Shown here one piece after another: positions 19,001 to 28,167 of a stretch of DNA of 64,000 bases. The notes beneath the pieces were generated by a model that was not told where the DNA came from, made no database searches, and saw only the letters and a program-made list of their open reading frames with translations. The position numbers and the translations under genes are program-made. Positions within the stretch are counted from its first letter, which is position 1. Each line of letters starts with the position of its first letter. This stretch comes from an uncultured Anaerolineales bacterium (GTDB lineage: Bacteria; Chloroflexota; Anaerolineae; UBA1429): NCBI GenBank assembly GCA_964482225.1, contig CAYZWT010000017.1:10269-74268 (forward strand), read 5' to 3'.

Positions 19001-20664
19001 CGTCCATCCTTGCGGACATAGCGCTTTTCGCGCTGATAGCGAGGGAGCTGGTCCGTGGCCAACCGCTGAAAAAGCACAGCGCCCTCCCTGCGATCCTCCG
19101 GATGGGTGGGATCCACTCCGGCCAATTCCCCCTCGGTGTACCCCAGCAGCTCCACCATGGCCCGGTTGCACTCTACCAGGCGGCCATCGAGATCGTACAG
19201 CGCCGAGGCCAAGGGGCTGGCATCAAAGAGCGCCCGAAAGCGCGCCTCGCTTTCTTCCAGGGCGCGCTGGGCGGCGCGCTCCTGGCTTTGATCGCGAAAG
19301 ACCAACACCACGCCGCCGACCTCTCCGTTGGCAGCCCGCACCGGCGCGCCGCTATCGGCAATGGGGCGCTCGACGCCATCGCGGCCCAGCAGCAGGGTGT
19401 GGTTTGCCAGCCCAACCACCTGGCCCTCGCGCAGCACGCGCTCTGCCGGGCTCTCGACCGGCAAGCGCGTCATCTCGTTGATAATGTGAAACACCTGCTC
19501 CAGCGGTTGGCCCAACGCCTCTTCAGCCGGCCAGCCGGTGAGTGCCTCGGCCACCGGGTTCAGCAGCGTAACCTGGGCATCGGCATCTGTGGCGATGACG
19601 GCATCGCCCACGCTCATCAGGGTGGCGCGATGGCGCTCTTCGCTCTCGCGCAGCGCCTCGGCGGCCTGCATGCGCTCATGATCGCGGGCCCGCGCGTTGC
19701 CCTGCAGGAGGGTGGCTCCCGCCAGAGCCACCGAGGTCAGCAGGGCCGCGACCAGCCCCAGGATGAGCGCCGAGCGCAGCCGCCAGGGACCCAACACCTC
19801 TTGGGCATCTACCTTGCTCACCAAGAACCAGGGGGAATCAGGCACAGGACTTAGCGCCGCATACACAGGCTCGCCGCGATAGTCCACGCCCTCGACCATG
19901 CCTACCCGGCCCTGCACTGCCTGGGCAGCCGGAACGAGAACCTGGTCCAGCGGCACCTGCAAGGCCAACGCCGCGCCCTCGCGATGCCGTAGGTCGTTCA
20001 GAAACAGCACGGCGTCTCCTTCGCGGCGCACCAGCAAGGTCTCGGCGCTCTCGCTCGGGGTCGGCCAGGTCTGGATGAGGGGATAGAGGAACTGCTCGGC
20101 ATCCATACGCAACACGAACGCCCCCACCGGCGGCGATGCGGGTGCATTGGCTGCGAAAAGGGGTGCAACCACGTCCACGTGAGGGGCCAGATCGCCAGGC
20201 CCCTGGTGCAGATCGGCGATGGTCGGGACGCCCAGGGCCCAGGCATCCTCTAGCGCGCGCAGCAGGGCCTCGTGAGGCTGCTCAGGAAGGTCCTCCACGG
20301 CCAGGCGCACGTGCCCCTGCGCGTCCAGCAGCAGAACATCGGCATAGTGGTAGTGGGTTCGGAGCGACCGCATGTGGGCGAGAAGCGGCTCGGTCCGATC
20401 CTCCTGGGGCGAGATCAACCAAGCGGATACCATCTCGGTCAGGATGGCGTTCTCCGTGAGCACCGCTGCATCGGCCAGCTTTTCGGCGCGCCAGGCTGCG
20501 ATCTGGCCCACCTTGAGGGCGGCGATGGCCTCTAGCTCGTGCTCCGCATCGCGGCGCAGCGCGCGCTCCTGATCGCGATACACACGCGCGCCCACAAGCA
20601 GCACGCCCAATGCGACCAGCGTCAACACGGCCAACACCCAACGGGAAGTGGTGGTCATCCGCAT
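16051..20664 (-). CDS. Multi-sensor hybrid histidine kinase (TM, periplasmic sensor, TM, multiple PAS, GAF, HisKA, HATPase_c, receiver)
   Basis: Start ATG at 20664 with RBS GGGAGG ([23 protein letters not shown]). Several PAS modules share the motif (LLRTVIDNL...IY.KD..GR), a GAF-like region follows, the H-box is [12 protein letters not shown], the HATPase carries GTGLGLA, and the C-terminal REC is [13 protein letters not shown]...[14 protein letters not shown]...KPF. Confidence 0.9.
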   Translation of the reverse strand: MRMTTTSRWVLAVLTLVALGVLLVGARVYRDQERALRRDAEHELEAIAALKVGQIAAWRAEKLADAAVLTENAILTEMVSAWLISPQEDRTEPLLAHMRSLRTHYHYADVLLLDAQGHVRLAVEDLPEQPHEALLRALEDAWALGVPTIADLHQGPGDLAPHVDVVAPLFAANAPASPPVGAFVLRMDAEQFLYPLIQTWPTPSESAETLLVRREGDAVLFLNDLRHREGAALALQVPLDQVLVPAAQAVQGRVGMVEGVDYRGEPVYAALSPVPDSPWFLVSKVDAQEVLGPWRLRSALILGLVAALLTSVALAGATLLQGNARARDHERMQAAEALRESEERHRATLMSVGDAVIATDADAQVTLLNPVAEALTGWPAEEALGQPLEQVFHIINEMTRLPVESPAERVLREGQVVGLANHTLLLGRDGVERPIADSGAPVRAANGEVGGVVLVFRDQSQERAAQRALEESEARFRALFDASPLASALYDLDGRLVECNRAMVELLGYTEGELAGVDPTHPEDRREGAVLFQRLATDQLPRYQREKRYVRKDGRLIWARLSAAPILDADARPRYVILVIEDITARREAQRALADERLLLRTVIDNLHAAIYVKDRQGRKTLANRQDLDNIGASTEAEVLGKTDAELFPFEVAQELMAAEQAVLEAGEPVLDHEERLVNSQGKQIWLATSKLPLLNEQGEIVGLVGIGHDITARKEAEEALARERVLLRTVIDNLPDAIYAKDLQGRKTLSNRAELAMLGLTDEREVLGKTDWDLFAPDMAAPYTGHDALVLQGTSLINQEMELVNAHGRRYWLLTTKLPLRNDQGEIIGLAGIGRDITEHRQAEEALRESEERYRRLAESSQAVLWEYDLIADRFAYVAPQAADLTGWPPQAWTDCRFWKDHLHPEDRERVAALMDTCTARGEPHDAEYRFLRPDGGIVWLRDVASVDMRDGQPLRSHGLMIDITAQREAQEALRRRSAVDSALAALSSALLQPVRDGREIALAVLDHARALTGSVHGYVAAKDPRNGDMHTHTFCEQTDQDCQLLDAKEPLIFPPGSDGRYPGLWGHALNTCEAFYTNDPAAHPAATGLPEGHVPLQSLLSMPVMSEGELIGQIALANAPQGYDDDALETIRRLAELYGLYVRDQHIRENLAESEERLRQAVKMEAIGRLAGGVAHDFNNMLSVISGYAELALDGMAPDDDAHESLIEIRRAAQRSAALTSQLLGFARRQTVQPHMIDLSIVIADHEQMLRRLVGEEIQVHFVQGAELWPVHIDPAQISQILMNLASNARDAIADVGKITLEIRNVRVDEGYARSQGDFAPGEYVMLAFSDTGVGMDAGTQAHLFEPFFTTKPVGQGTGLGLATVYGIVKQNDGFIHVYSEPGQGTSVRIYLPRYREEGATGHTHEVTRASSGSETVLVVEDEPQILALYQSLLERQGYTVLAANHPEDALALCRQYAAPIDLLITDVVMPDMNGRALAERVAQLKPGIRVLFMSGYSADIIAERGILAEDVPFLQKPFDVHTLTAKVREALERG
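18030..18900 (-). repeat. Tandemly duplicated PAS-module coding units inside the histidine kinase gene (about 400-bp period)
   Basis: Three near-identical DNA/protein segments, e.g. [32 protein letters not shown]...GKTDWDLF versus [32 protein letters not shown]...GKTDAELF. The nucleotide blocks are visibly similar. Confidence 0.5.
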
Positions 20665-20847
20665 GAGACCTCCCTGGCGTTCTGAGGACAAGGGGCATAG
20701 GGAAATGAGCCCATCTCTGGCCGGCCGCAACTCACGGGTGAGCGCCGGTGGGGCTGCCGGAGAAGAGCCAACACGCCCTCTAGTGTACACAATCCATCCC
20801 AAACCGCAAGCATCGCGACAACGCTGTCAACGGCACCTCGCATACGC

Positions 20848-20875
20848 TTGCCTGCCTGGGCGATGCTGGTACAAT
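20848..20875 (+). promoter_or_regulatory. Putative sigma-70-like promoter (TTGCCT-N16-TACAAT) for the PaaK-like gene
   Basis: TTGCCT at 20848-20853 and TACAAT at 20870-20875. This places the TSS downstream of the first ATG (20880) and favours the ATG at 20922 (RBS GAAAGG) as the real start. Confidence 0.4.
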
Positions 20876-20921
20876 CGCGATGATGGCTCATAGGCAGTCT
20901 CAAGGTGTGAAAGGCTATACG

Positions 20922-22505
20922 ATGCACGTACAGATCACCAGAGCGCTTCACTACACCCGTGGCCTATATGGGTTCTGGCGCGCACCCATTGATCCTGCCA
21001 GCCTGCCGAACCGGTTGCGCGCGCAGGTGGCGGGGCGCGAGGCGGCCTTTCTCGACATGCTGCGCCGCGCCGTGTTCCAGCACCCCGCCAGCCCCTATCT
21101 GGCGCTGCTGCGGGCGGCAGGTATCGAGGAGCAGGACATCGCGGCGCTGGTGGCCGCCCACGGTATCGAAGGCGCCCTGCAACGTCTCTACGAGGCGGGC
21201 GTGTACGTCAGCCTGGAAGAGTTCAAGGGCAACACGCCCGCCCTGCGACGCGGCAACCTAGAGTTGCCCATCAGCGCCGCCGCCTTTGACAACCCCCAGA
21301 GCTCCGGGCACCTGGCGGGCGCCACCGGCGGCACCCGCTCCAGCGGCACCCGCCTGGCCATTGACTTGAGCGACCAACTGGATGAGCTAGCCGGTCGTTA
21401 CGTCAACTTGCAGACCCGAGCCCTGGCGTCGCGCCCCTTTGCCATGTGGCGCACGGCGCCTCCTTCTCTGGCGATGGTGCGTATGACCCTCGTGGCCCTC
21501 AAGCTGGGCGCCCCCTGCCTGCACTGGTTCAGCCCTACGCGGCCCGGCCTGGGGCCCACATCGGGCAAGAGCGCCGTGCAGACCTGGATCACCATCGCTC
21601 TCTCGGGCCTCATGGGCCGCCGCATCCCCCTTCCAGAGTACGCGCCCATCGAGCAGGCCGAGAGAGTGGCTCGCTGGCTGGCCAGACAAACCGCGCAGGG
21701 ACGCCGCCTCACCTTTTACGTTACGGTCAGCCTGGGGGCGCGGCTCTGCCTGTGCGCCCGCAGTCTGGGGCTCGATATCAGCGGACACACCCTGCGGCTC
21801 TCGTCCGAGCCCGTCACCGAGGGAAAAGCTACCCTCCTTCGCGAGGCCGGGCTGGAGTGGGTCGCGGGCTATGGCATGAACGATGCGGGCTCACTGGGGA
21901 TCTCGTGCGGCAACCCGGCCCATGTGGACGAGATGCACCTGCTCACCAACCGCAGCGCCTTTTTGTTCCACCCGCGCCGGTTCCCTGGGCTGGACGACCC
22001 CGTCAACGCCCTGTACCTGACGGTGTTCTCGCCCCGGGCGCCCAAAGTGCTGCTCAATGTGGAAAGCGGCGATCATGCCACGCCCATCGAGCGCAATTGC
22101 GGCTGCCTGGCCGAGCAGGTGGGCCTGACCCAGCGCGTTCACACCATCCGCAGCTATGAAAAGCTCACCTCGGCGGGCATGCACTTTATGGGCAGCGCCC
22201 TCGTGGAGGTCTTGGAAGAGGCCCTGCCTGGGCGCTATGGCGGCGGCCCCACAGACTATCAGTTCGTCGAGACCGAAGAGGGCGGCGAAACGCGTGTCAA
22301 GCTGGTGATTGACCCGCAGCTCGGGCCGATGGACGAGAGCGGGGTTATCGCCTTTGTGCTGGACGAGCTGTGCCAGCGCACCCGCGCCGGGCGCATGCAG
22401 ACCGAGGTCTGGCGCAGCAGCGGAACCCTACAGATCGAGCGCGCACGCCCGTATCTCACCAGCGCGGCCAAGATTCAGCCGCTGCACATCGAGCGCAGGC
22501 GCTAG
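20922..22505 (+). CDS. Phenylacetate-CoA ligase (PaaK) / coenzyme F390 synthetase-like adenylate-forming enzyme, N-terminally extended (paralogue 1)
   Basis: P-loop-like ATGGTRSSGT and a C-terminal-domain pattern ETGD...CGC...TIRSYEKLT...DYQFVETEEGG..VKLVIDP resemble the PaaK/CapK family (COG1541-like). It is a clear paralogue of 57944..59569 (shared LYEAGVYVSLEEFKG, HTIRSYEKLT, SAAKIQPLH). Confidence 0.6.
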   Translation: MHVQITRALHYTRGLYGFWRAPIDPASLPNRLRAQVAGREAAFLDMLRRAVFQHPASPYLALLRAAGIEEQDIAALVAAHGIEGALQRLYEAGVYVSLEEFKGNTPALRRGNLELPISAAAFDNPQSSGHLAGATGGTRSSGTRLAIDLSDQLDELAGRYVNLQTRALASRPFAMWRTAPPSLAMVRMTLVALKLGAPCLHWFSPTRPGLGPTSGKSAVQTWITIALSGLMGRRIPLPEYAPIEQAERVARWLARQTAQGRRLTFYVTVSLGARLCLCARSLGLDISGHTLRLSSEPVTEGKATLLREAGLEWVAGYGMNDAGSLGISCGNPAHVDEMHLLTNRSAFLFHPRRFPGLDDPVNALYLTVFSPRAPKVLLNVESGDHATPIERNCGCLAEQVGLTQRVHTIRSYEKLTSAGMHFMGSALVEVLEEALPGRYGGGPTDYQFVETEEGGETRVKLVIDPQLGPMDESGVIAFVLDELCQRTRAGRMQTEVWRSSGTLQIERARPYLTSAAKIQPLHIERRR

Positions 22506-22509
22506 ATGG

Positions 22510-24030
22510 CTATGTCGCGCTTGACTCATTTGCGGCCAGGGTGCCCTTGCGCCGCCAAACCACCACCAGCGCTAGGGCCGCCAGGGCAATGAGGGCCAGC
22601 CCTGCTTCCACGCCGACAACGCCCACCTGCGCCATCCCCCACACGGCCCAAAAGTTCATCGCGCAGTGGGCGGCGATGGCCGCCAGCAGCCAGACCACGC
22701 GACGCGTCATCACGGCGCGCATCACCAGCATGGCCATGCCGATGTGGGCGCCCAGGGCAAAAGCCCGCTCCAGCCCCGCCAAGATGAACTCATACCAGGG
22801 GATCTGCCAATAGGCCGCCAGCTCGGGGATGCTCTGCCCCGAGAGGCTCATGGCCAACGCAGAGACCATACCCAGCGCCGCCAGCAGGCCCGTGATGATG
22901 GCCTCGACGCCGCCATGCCCCGCCCCGAACTGGAGCGCTCCGGCCCAGCCGCGCGTGTCGCGCAGCCAGTAGCGCAGCACCAGCCAGCGCGCCCCCTCTT
23001 CGCACACGCCGGAGGTGAGCCCGGCCATCAGGGCGACCCAGGGCAGCGGCCAGAGCGCCACGCCGCGCCCGCCCCCCAACAAGCCCAGGGCATAGTTCAG
23101 TGGCAGGTGAACCACCTGCGAAAGCACAAAGGTAACGGCGCCGATGGCGAACACGCGCCAGCCGATGCCGTAGCGACGCCATACCCACCAGCCCAGCGCC
23201 AGCGGCAACAGGATCATCAGCGGGTACTGGATGCCAATTGCCAGCCCCACCCGCAGCCAATCGGGGCCCGGCGCAGTGGCCACGGCCTGGGTTGGCGGGG
23301 CAACGCCCGTGGCCTCTTCCCAAGGCGCCTGGGCGTTGGCCTTCCAGCGTCGCAGCACAAGCTGCGAGCCCGCGCCCCGGTTGTGGTACTTGGCCATGAT
23401 GTGGGGCGGCTCCACGGCGTACCAGGCGTCGTGGCTCGCCCCTCCCGCCGTCATCACGACCCGCCAGGTCTCGAACGTACCCGCCGGGACGGTGATCGTC
23501 TCTGTAGCGACGACCTGCGCCAGCGTGTGGGCCGCCGCACCGGTGGTGGGGATCACGTTGGTGTAGCGCGTGGCATAGCCCTGGGCCAGCGGCAGCGCCC
23601 GATGGATCTGCAAGCTCTGGTTGTTGTCAATGGGGTGCTCGGGCCGCAAGAGGGTTCGGGTGGTCGCCTGGCCCTCGGCCGGCGTGGTCGTGAGCTCGAT
23701 CTGCTCATCCCCATAGGTTGCGGCATAGAGGGCGCTGCCGACCGCCAGCTCTGAACGCAAGGGGTAAAGGTCCGTCCGCAGGGTCACGACGCCTTGCTCG
23801 GTGCGGCCGCCGACATCGGCAAGCCAGCGTTGCCGCCAGCCCTCGGGCGCCGCCTCCCACACCCAGGCCGCCGAGCCCACAACGGCCCCGCCGGCATCGA
23901 GGATGTCGTACTCGGCGGCCTCGCCATCCTGCCAGGGAGCCGGCCCAAGGGCCAGCGGCTCTGATGCCACACCGCAGCCTGCCAGCAACAGGCCCACGAC
24001 CAGTAAGAGACCAAGGGTTCTCAGGCGCAT
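22510..24030 (-). CDS. Lipoprotein with N-terminal extracytoplasmic domain fused to a C-terminal YhfC/CPBP-type intramembrane glutamic metalloprotease domain
   Basis: Lipobox LLAGCG at the N-terminus with RBS GGAGGTG. The C-terminal polytopic region carries CEEGARW (EExxxR motif), FxxxH and HxxxN (AAHCAMNF) motifs typical of the CPBP/YhfC family. Confidence 0.6.
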   Translation of the reverse strand: MRLRTLGLLLVVGLLLAGCGVASEPLALGPAPWQDGEAAEYDILDAGGAVVGSAAWVWEAAPEGWRQRWLADVGGRTEQGVVTLRTDLYPLRSELAVGSALYAATYGDEQIELTTTPAEGQATTRTLLRPEHPIDNNQSLQIHRALPLAQGYATRYTNVIPTTGAAAHTLAQVVATETITVPAGTFETWRVVMTAGGASHDAWYAVEPPHIMAKYHNRGAGSQLVLRRWKANAQAPWEEATGVAPPTQAVATAPGPDWLRVGLAIGIQYPLMILLPLALGWWVWRRYGIGWRVFAIGAVTFVLSQVVHLPLNYALGLLGGGRGVALWPLPWVALMAGLTSGVCEEGARWLVLRYWLRDTRGWAGALQFGAGHGGVEAIITGLLAALGMVSALAMSLSGQSIPELAAYWQIPWYEFILAGLERAFALGAHIGMAMLVMRAVMTRRVVWLLAAIAAHCAMNFWAVWGMAQVGVVGVEAGLALIALAALALVVVWRRKGTLAANESSAT

Positions 24031-24044
24031 GTCACCTCCACTCG

Positions 24045-24866
24045 CTACTCCGCCTTGTCGCGCCCATGCTGCTGCAACGCCCGGATAAAGGCGCCCTGGG
24101 CGTCGCTCAGCGCCGGGTACCCACTCAGGTCGGCGGCCATGTGCCCCTCTTGCACCAGCCGGCGGTACACCTCGCCGGGCTTTTCCTCGGCCATGCCCTG
24201 GTGTTGCATGTAGCGCGCCGCCCAGGTATAGAACTCGTCGGCCCAGGGCGTGGCAAGGTTATCGGCCTGCCCTTCTCTCACGCGACGCGCGCCGCTTTGA
24301 GACTCGCGCCGTGCCCCCTCGGGAGCGCGCTGGGACCGGGCGCCGGCCCGCTGCCCCTCGGGGCGCGGCCCCGCCGGGCGCTCCTGGCCTGGCTGGCGGC
24401 GTCGCACCTGGACGTTGCCCTGCTCGTCAATATAGGGTTCGTCCACGAACTCACGCCGCCGCCGGTCATAGTTGCACCAGACGGCCTCCAGCCAGTAGAG
24501 ATAACGCCCCACCCCAAAGTGGACCGCCGCGCGCTTGAGCGCGTCGGATACGGCGCTCTTCCACGGGTCGGCCTGCTCGCGGTCGCTCAGAACGTGCTCG
24601 CCCACATCCTCGCGGGTGACGCCCAGGATCGTGAGGCTAGATTTGACCACCAACCGGTCGCCCTGGACGCCCAGGGGCTCCCAGTGAAACGACCAATCGC
24701 CGCCTGCCACCTGATCCAGGCGTTCGGTGACGACGCGGGGGTCCACATAGGGAACGGCCAGCGCCTTGCCGGCGTCGGTGACCACCTGGGGCTTCCAACG
24801 CACCTGGTCGGAGCGGAACGGCTCGGCCAGGCGCTCCAGTAGCTCTTGGGTTAGCTTGTCTGTCAT
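24045..24866 (-). CDS. Rad52/Rad22-family single-strand annealing protein, DdrA-like
   Basis: VRWKPQVV...ALAVPYVDPRVVTERLDQVAGGDWSFHWEPL and the hallmark SDALKRAAVHFGVGRYLYWL closely resemble Rad52-family/DdrA proteins. The C-terminal half is RG-rich and low-complexity. Confidence 0.8.
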   Translation of the reverse strand: MTDKLTQELLERLAEPFRSDQVRWKPQVVTDAGKALAVPYVDPRVVTERLDQVAGGDWSFHWEPLGVQGDRLVVKSSLTILGVTREDVGEHVLSDREQADPWKSAVSDALKRAAVHFGVGRYLYWLEAVWCNYDRRRREFVDEPYIDEQGNVQVRRRQPGQERPAGPRPEGQRAGARSQRAPEGARRESQSGARRVREGQADNLATPWADEFYTWAARYMQHQGMAEEKPGEVYRRLVQEGHMAADLSGYPALSDAQGAFIRALQQHGRDKAE

Positions 24867-24923
24867 GGTGTGCCTCGCTTACGCTGACGCCGCGCCCATC
24901 GGCGCGGGAACACCCATATGATA

Positions 24924-24935
24924 GAACATATGTTC
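24924..24935. promoter_or_regulatory. Cheo-type LexA box GAACATATGTTC (GAAC-N4-GTTC) upstream of the Rad52/DdrA-like gene
   Basis: Perfect 12-bp palindrome at 24924-24935, about 58 bp upstream of the start codon at 24866 on the minus strand. Confidence 0.55.
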
Positions 24936-24985
24936 GGGGCGTGTCAAGTCGCAAGGTTATGTATGTCGTCACCACTACGCTGCCT

Positions 24986-25768
24986 CTACAACGAAGCGCG
25001 CCAGCCGCCATCCACGTGCAAGGTGCGGCCATTGACATAGCTGGCCGCGTCAGAGGCCAAAAAGATGGCGGCCCCGACCAACTCGCGGGGATCGCCCCAG
25101 CGCCGCAAGGGCACGTTGCCCTTGACCCAGCGGTCGAACTCGGGGTCATCCACCAGCGGGCGCGTCAGATCGGTGACGAAATAGCCGGGGGCGATGGCGT
25201 TCACGCGCACGCCGTGAGGCCCCCACTCTGTGGCCATGGAGCGGGTGAGGGCGTCCAGCCCGCCCTTGGAGGCCACATAGTTGGCGATGGTGGGGCGCGC
25301 GCCCTCGACGTTGAGCGAGGTGATGTTGATGATGCAGCCCCGGCCCCGGGCAATCATGGCAGCGGAGACGGCCTGGGCCACGAGGAACGCGCTGGTAAGA
25401 TTGGTGCGCAACACGGCGTCCCAAGCAGCCAGGCTCATCTCGGCCAGGGGCGCGCGTCGCTGGATGCCTGCATTGTTGACCAGCACGGCGATAGGGCCCA
25501 CCTCGGCCTCGATGCGGGCCACCTGCGCGCGCACCGCATCGGGATCGGTGACATCAAAGGGATAGCCAACGGCCTGGCCGCCTGCCTCCCGGATCTGGGT
25601 CACGGCGGGCTCGACGGTCTCGGGCCGCGTGCCGTTGATCACAACCCGCGCGCCCGCCTCGGCATAGCCCTGGGCCAGGGCAAAGCCCAGACCTCGGCTG
25701 GACCCGGTGATCAGCACAATGCGGTCGCTCACGTCAAAGAGGTTGCTCACGGCGGGGCTCCTTCCCAC
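24986..25768 (-). CDS. SDR family oxidoreductase (gluconate 5-dehydrogenase / KduD-like)
   Basis: TGSSRGLG cofactor motif, NNAG, and the catalytic Y-x3-K (YVASK). The C-terminus carries the typical SDR VNAIAPG. Confidence 0.85.
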   Translation of the reverse strand: MGRSPAVSNLFDVSDRIVLITGSSRGLGFALAQGYAEAGARVVINGTRPETVEPAVTQIREAGGQAVGYPFDVTDPDAVRAQVARIEAEVGPIAVLVNNAGIQRRAPLAEMSLAAWDAVLRTNLTSAFLVAQAVSAAMIARGRGCIINITSLNVEGARPTIANYVASKGGLDALTRSMATEWGPHGVRVNAIAPGYFVTDLTRPLVDDPEFDRWVKGNVPLRRWGDPRELVGAAIFLASDAASYVNGRTLHVDGGWRASL

Positions 25769-25828
25769 AGCTTCTCCGGCAATGCCACTGTTACATGGTA
25801 TGCCATCGGAGCCGCCGCCGTCAAGCGC

Positions 25829-27540
25829 TCAGCGCCAGGTGAACCAATAGATGCTCGTCGGCGGGCTCTGCGCCACACGGCCGGGCGCCACATCCAACAC
25901 GCGGATCACCCTCACCTGCCACTCAAAGCGGCTTTCGCGGCGCCCTTCGGGATAGAGCTCCGCAGGCACCCGCCAAGAGGTCGCCTTGGTCAGGGTCTCG
26001 ACGGGCGCGCCACGGCTCTCCGGCGTCCACAGGCTCACCTGATACCACTCGTCCTCGGCCAGGATGCCCACCGAGGTCCACTGGAGCGCCGGCTGGCTCT
26101 GGTCGCCCCGCAGAATGGCGCCGCTCACCGGCGTCAGCAACCGTGGCGCCCGGTAGAGCAGCGCCGCGACCGGGGTGCGGATCGGTACATTGGTGGGCGT
26201 TGGGCTCGGCGTAGAGGTCGGCGTCGGCGTGGCCTCGGGCGTTGCCGTTGCGGCAGCCGTCGGCTCGACCGTCGAATCGGGGATGAGCAGCTCCTGACCC
26301 AAGCGCAGGATGGTGGTCAAGGTGATGCCGTTGGCCTCCGCGATCCGGGCCGCCGCCACACCATAGCGCAGGGCCAGCGCGCCCAGGGTGTCGCCCTGCG
26401 CCACCGCGTGCCGCAGGGGCATCGGCGTTGGGGTGGGGGTCTCGGTGGGCCGCACGGTGCGTTGCACCTCGGGGGCGCCCCCGGGCGCCTGCGTCGCCTC
26501 GGGTGTGGGCGTGGGGATTGCCGTCGGAGGCGCGGGCGTCGCCACGGGAGCCGCGCCGGGAAGCACCAGCGTCTGGCCCAGGCTCAGGACCGAGGTCAGC
26601 GTGATGCCGTTGGCCTCGGCCAGAGCGGCGGCCGTGACGCCATAGCGGCGCGCTATGGCGTTCAGCGTGTCACCCTGCTGCACCACGTGGGCAGGCGGCC
26701 CTGCGGTGGGCTGGGTCAGAATCGTGGGCGCCAGGATGGTGGGTATCGGGGTAGGCTCCTCAGGCGCGGGCTCGCCCTGGACGCCGGGGATCACCAGCTC
26801 CTGGCCAAGGCTCAGAATTGTCGTCAGCGTAATGCCATTGGCCTCGGCGATGGCGGCGGCAGAGACGCCATAGAGCACGGCCAGCCTGCCAAGCACGTCC
26901 CCCTGCTGCACGACGTGCACCCGAGGGCTGGCTACTGCCCCCGCCGTAGGCGTCTCAGAGGGGGCGACCGTGGGATCGAGAGGCGTGGCCGTTGGCGGCT
27001 CGGGCGTACCTGTGGGCGTGGGCGTCGCCATGGGCAGAGGCAGAGTCGGCGTTGCCGCGTGGTCCTCGGCAGGGTCCGGCGTCGGCAGCTCGGCATCCAG
27101 CGCGTGCAACAGCGCCTCGGTGGGCGCGAGGGACGGCAGAGCGGTGGGGATCGGGGCTGCTGCGGCGGTGGGCGAAGGCAGGATCTCGGCCAGGCTGACG
27201 GCCGTGGGGCGTCGGGGCGTGGGCGTGGGCCCGGGCGGAGCCTGCTCGCCCACCTGGGCGCCAAACGGGATGATCCACCACACCAGCACCGCTCCCAGGG
27301 CCACGATGAAGATGCTCATCAGTGCGCTGCCCAGACGCGGCACGCCCTGCGCAATGCCCGCCCGCCGAGACGCGCCACAATACGGGCACGGGTCGTCCGT
27401 GGGCTCGATGCGTGCGCCGCAACTGCGGCAGATGTCTGATTGTCTGCTCTTGCGCCACTCTTGGCCGCAAAGGGGGCACAAGAGGAGTTCCCGGCTGAAC
27501 CAGGCATGGCAGTTGGCGCAACGTCGCTTGTGATAGATCA
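25829..27540 (-). CDS. Membrane-anchored protein: N-terminal double zinc-ribbon, one TM helix, Pro/Thr-rich linker, three LysM domains and a C-terminal domain of unknown function
   Basis: Four CxxC pairs (CANCHAWF...CPLCG...CRSCG...CPYCG), the TM helix LMSIFIVALGAVLVWWII, three LysM domains (HVVQQGDTL...YGV..A.IAEANGITLT..L.LGQ.L..PG) and a roughly 110-aa C-terminal domain. A GTG start near 27540 is inferred; ORF 25829..27778 has a GC-rich 5' extension. Confidence 0.7.
26270..26910 (-). repeat. Three tandem LysM-coding repeat units (about 130-bp units with linker)
   Basis: Near-identical nucleotide blocks encode the three LysM domains. The shadow ORFs 26388..26645 and 26655..26873 on the plus strand mirror the repeat. 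Confidence 0.6.
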
Positions 27541-27558
27541 CGTCTGGGTATTCCCCAA

Positions 27559-28131
27559 CTAGGTTTGCGAGCCTTCCAGCCCAAGCTCTACGGCGACCTC
27601 GCGCAGCGCCTCGATGACCCTCGTCACGTGCGTGCTGCGGTCCACGCCCAACTCTTGCATGCCCAGCTCGATATCCTCGCGGTTGACGCCCCGGGCAAAA
27701 GCCTTGTCGTTCCACTTTTTGCGCACCGAGCTGGCCGTCAGGTCGTTGACGCTCTTGCTGGGGCGCACCAGGGCGCAAGCAATGACCAGCCCCGTTAGCT
27801 CATCCACGGCAAAGAGGGTCTTGGCCATGAGGGTGCGGCGCGGCACATTCAGATAGGTGGCATGTCCCTTGACCGCTTCGATGATCTCCTCCGGCCAGCC
27901 TGCGTCCTCTAGAATCGCGATACCCACCAAGGGGTGCTCATCGAGGGTCGGGTGTTGCTCATAGTCCAGGTCGTGCACCAGGCCGGTGACGCCCCAGAGC
28001 TCTTCGTCCTCGCCTAAGATACGGGCATAGTAGCGCATAGCCGCTTCGACGGCCAGGGCGTGCTTGAGCAGGCTATCCTGCTGGGTGTATTGGGTGAGCA
28101 GCGCCCAGGCTTGTTCACGCGTAGGGTTCAA
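27559..28131 (-). CDS. HD domain metal-dependent phosphohydrolase
   Basis: TTG start with RBS AGGAGGAG. HD motif ...KHALAVEAAMRYYA...GLVHDLDYEQHP... 190 aa. Confidence 0.8.
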   Translation of the reverse strand: MNPTREQAWALLTQYTQQDSLLKHALAVEAAMRYYARILGEDEELWGVTGLVHDLDYEQHPTLDEHPLVGIAILEDAGWPEEIIEAVKGHATYLNVPRRTLMAKTLFAVDELTGLVIACALVRPSKSVNDLTASSVRKKWNDKAFARGVNREDIELGMQELGVDRSTHVTRVIEALREVAVELGLEGSQT

Positions 28132-28167
28132 GGTCTCCTCCTGTATGCTCCAGCGTCGATCAAGCGG

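Noticed and set aside
20880-20921. ATG at 20880 as the start of the PaaK-like gene (MMAHRQSQGVKGYT...)
   Set aside because: It lies inside or upstream of the predicted -10/TSS region and lacks an RBS. The ATG at 20922 has a GAAAGG RBS.
26270-26910. Tandem direct repeats that could be mistaken for a CRISPR-like or minisatellite array
   Set aside because: Repeat units are about 130 bp, imperfect and in-frame. They are fully explained by three LysM domains. There are no short identical repeats with unique spacers. No CRISPR array or cas gene was seen anywhere in the window.
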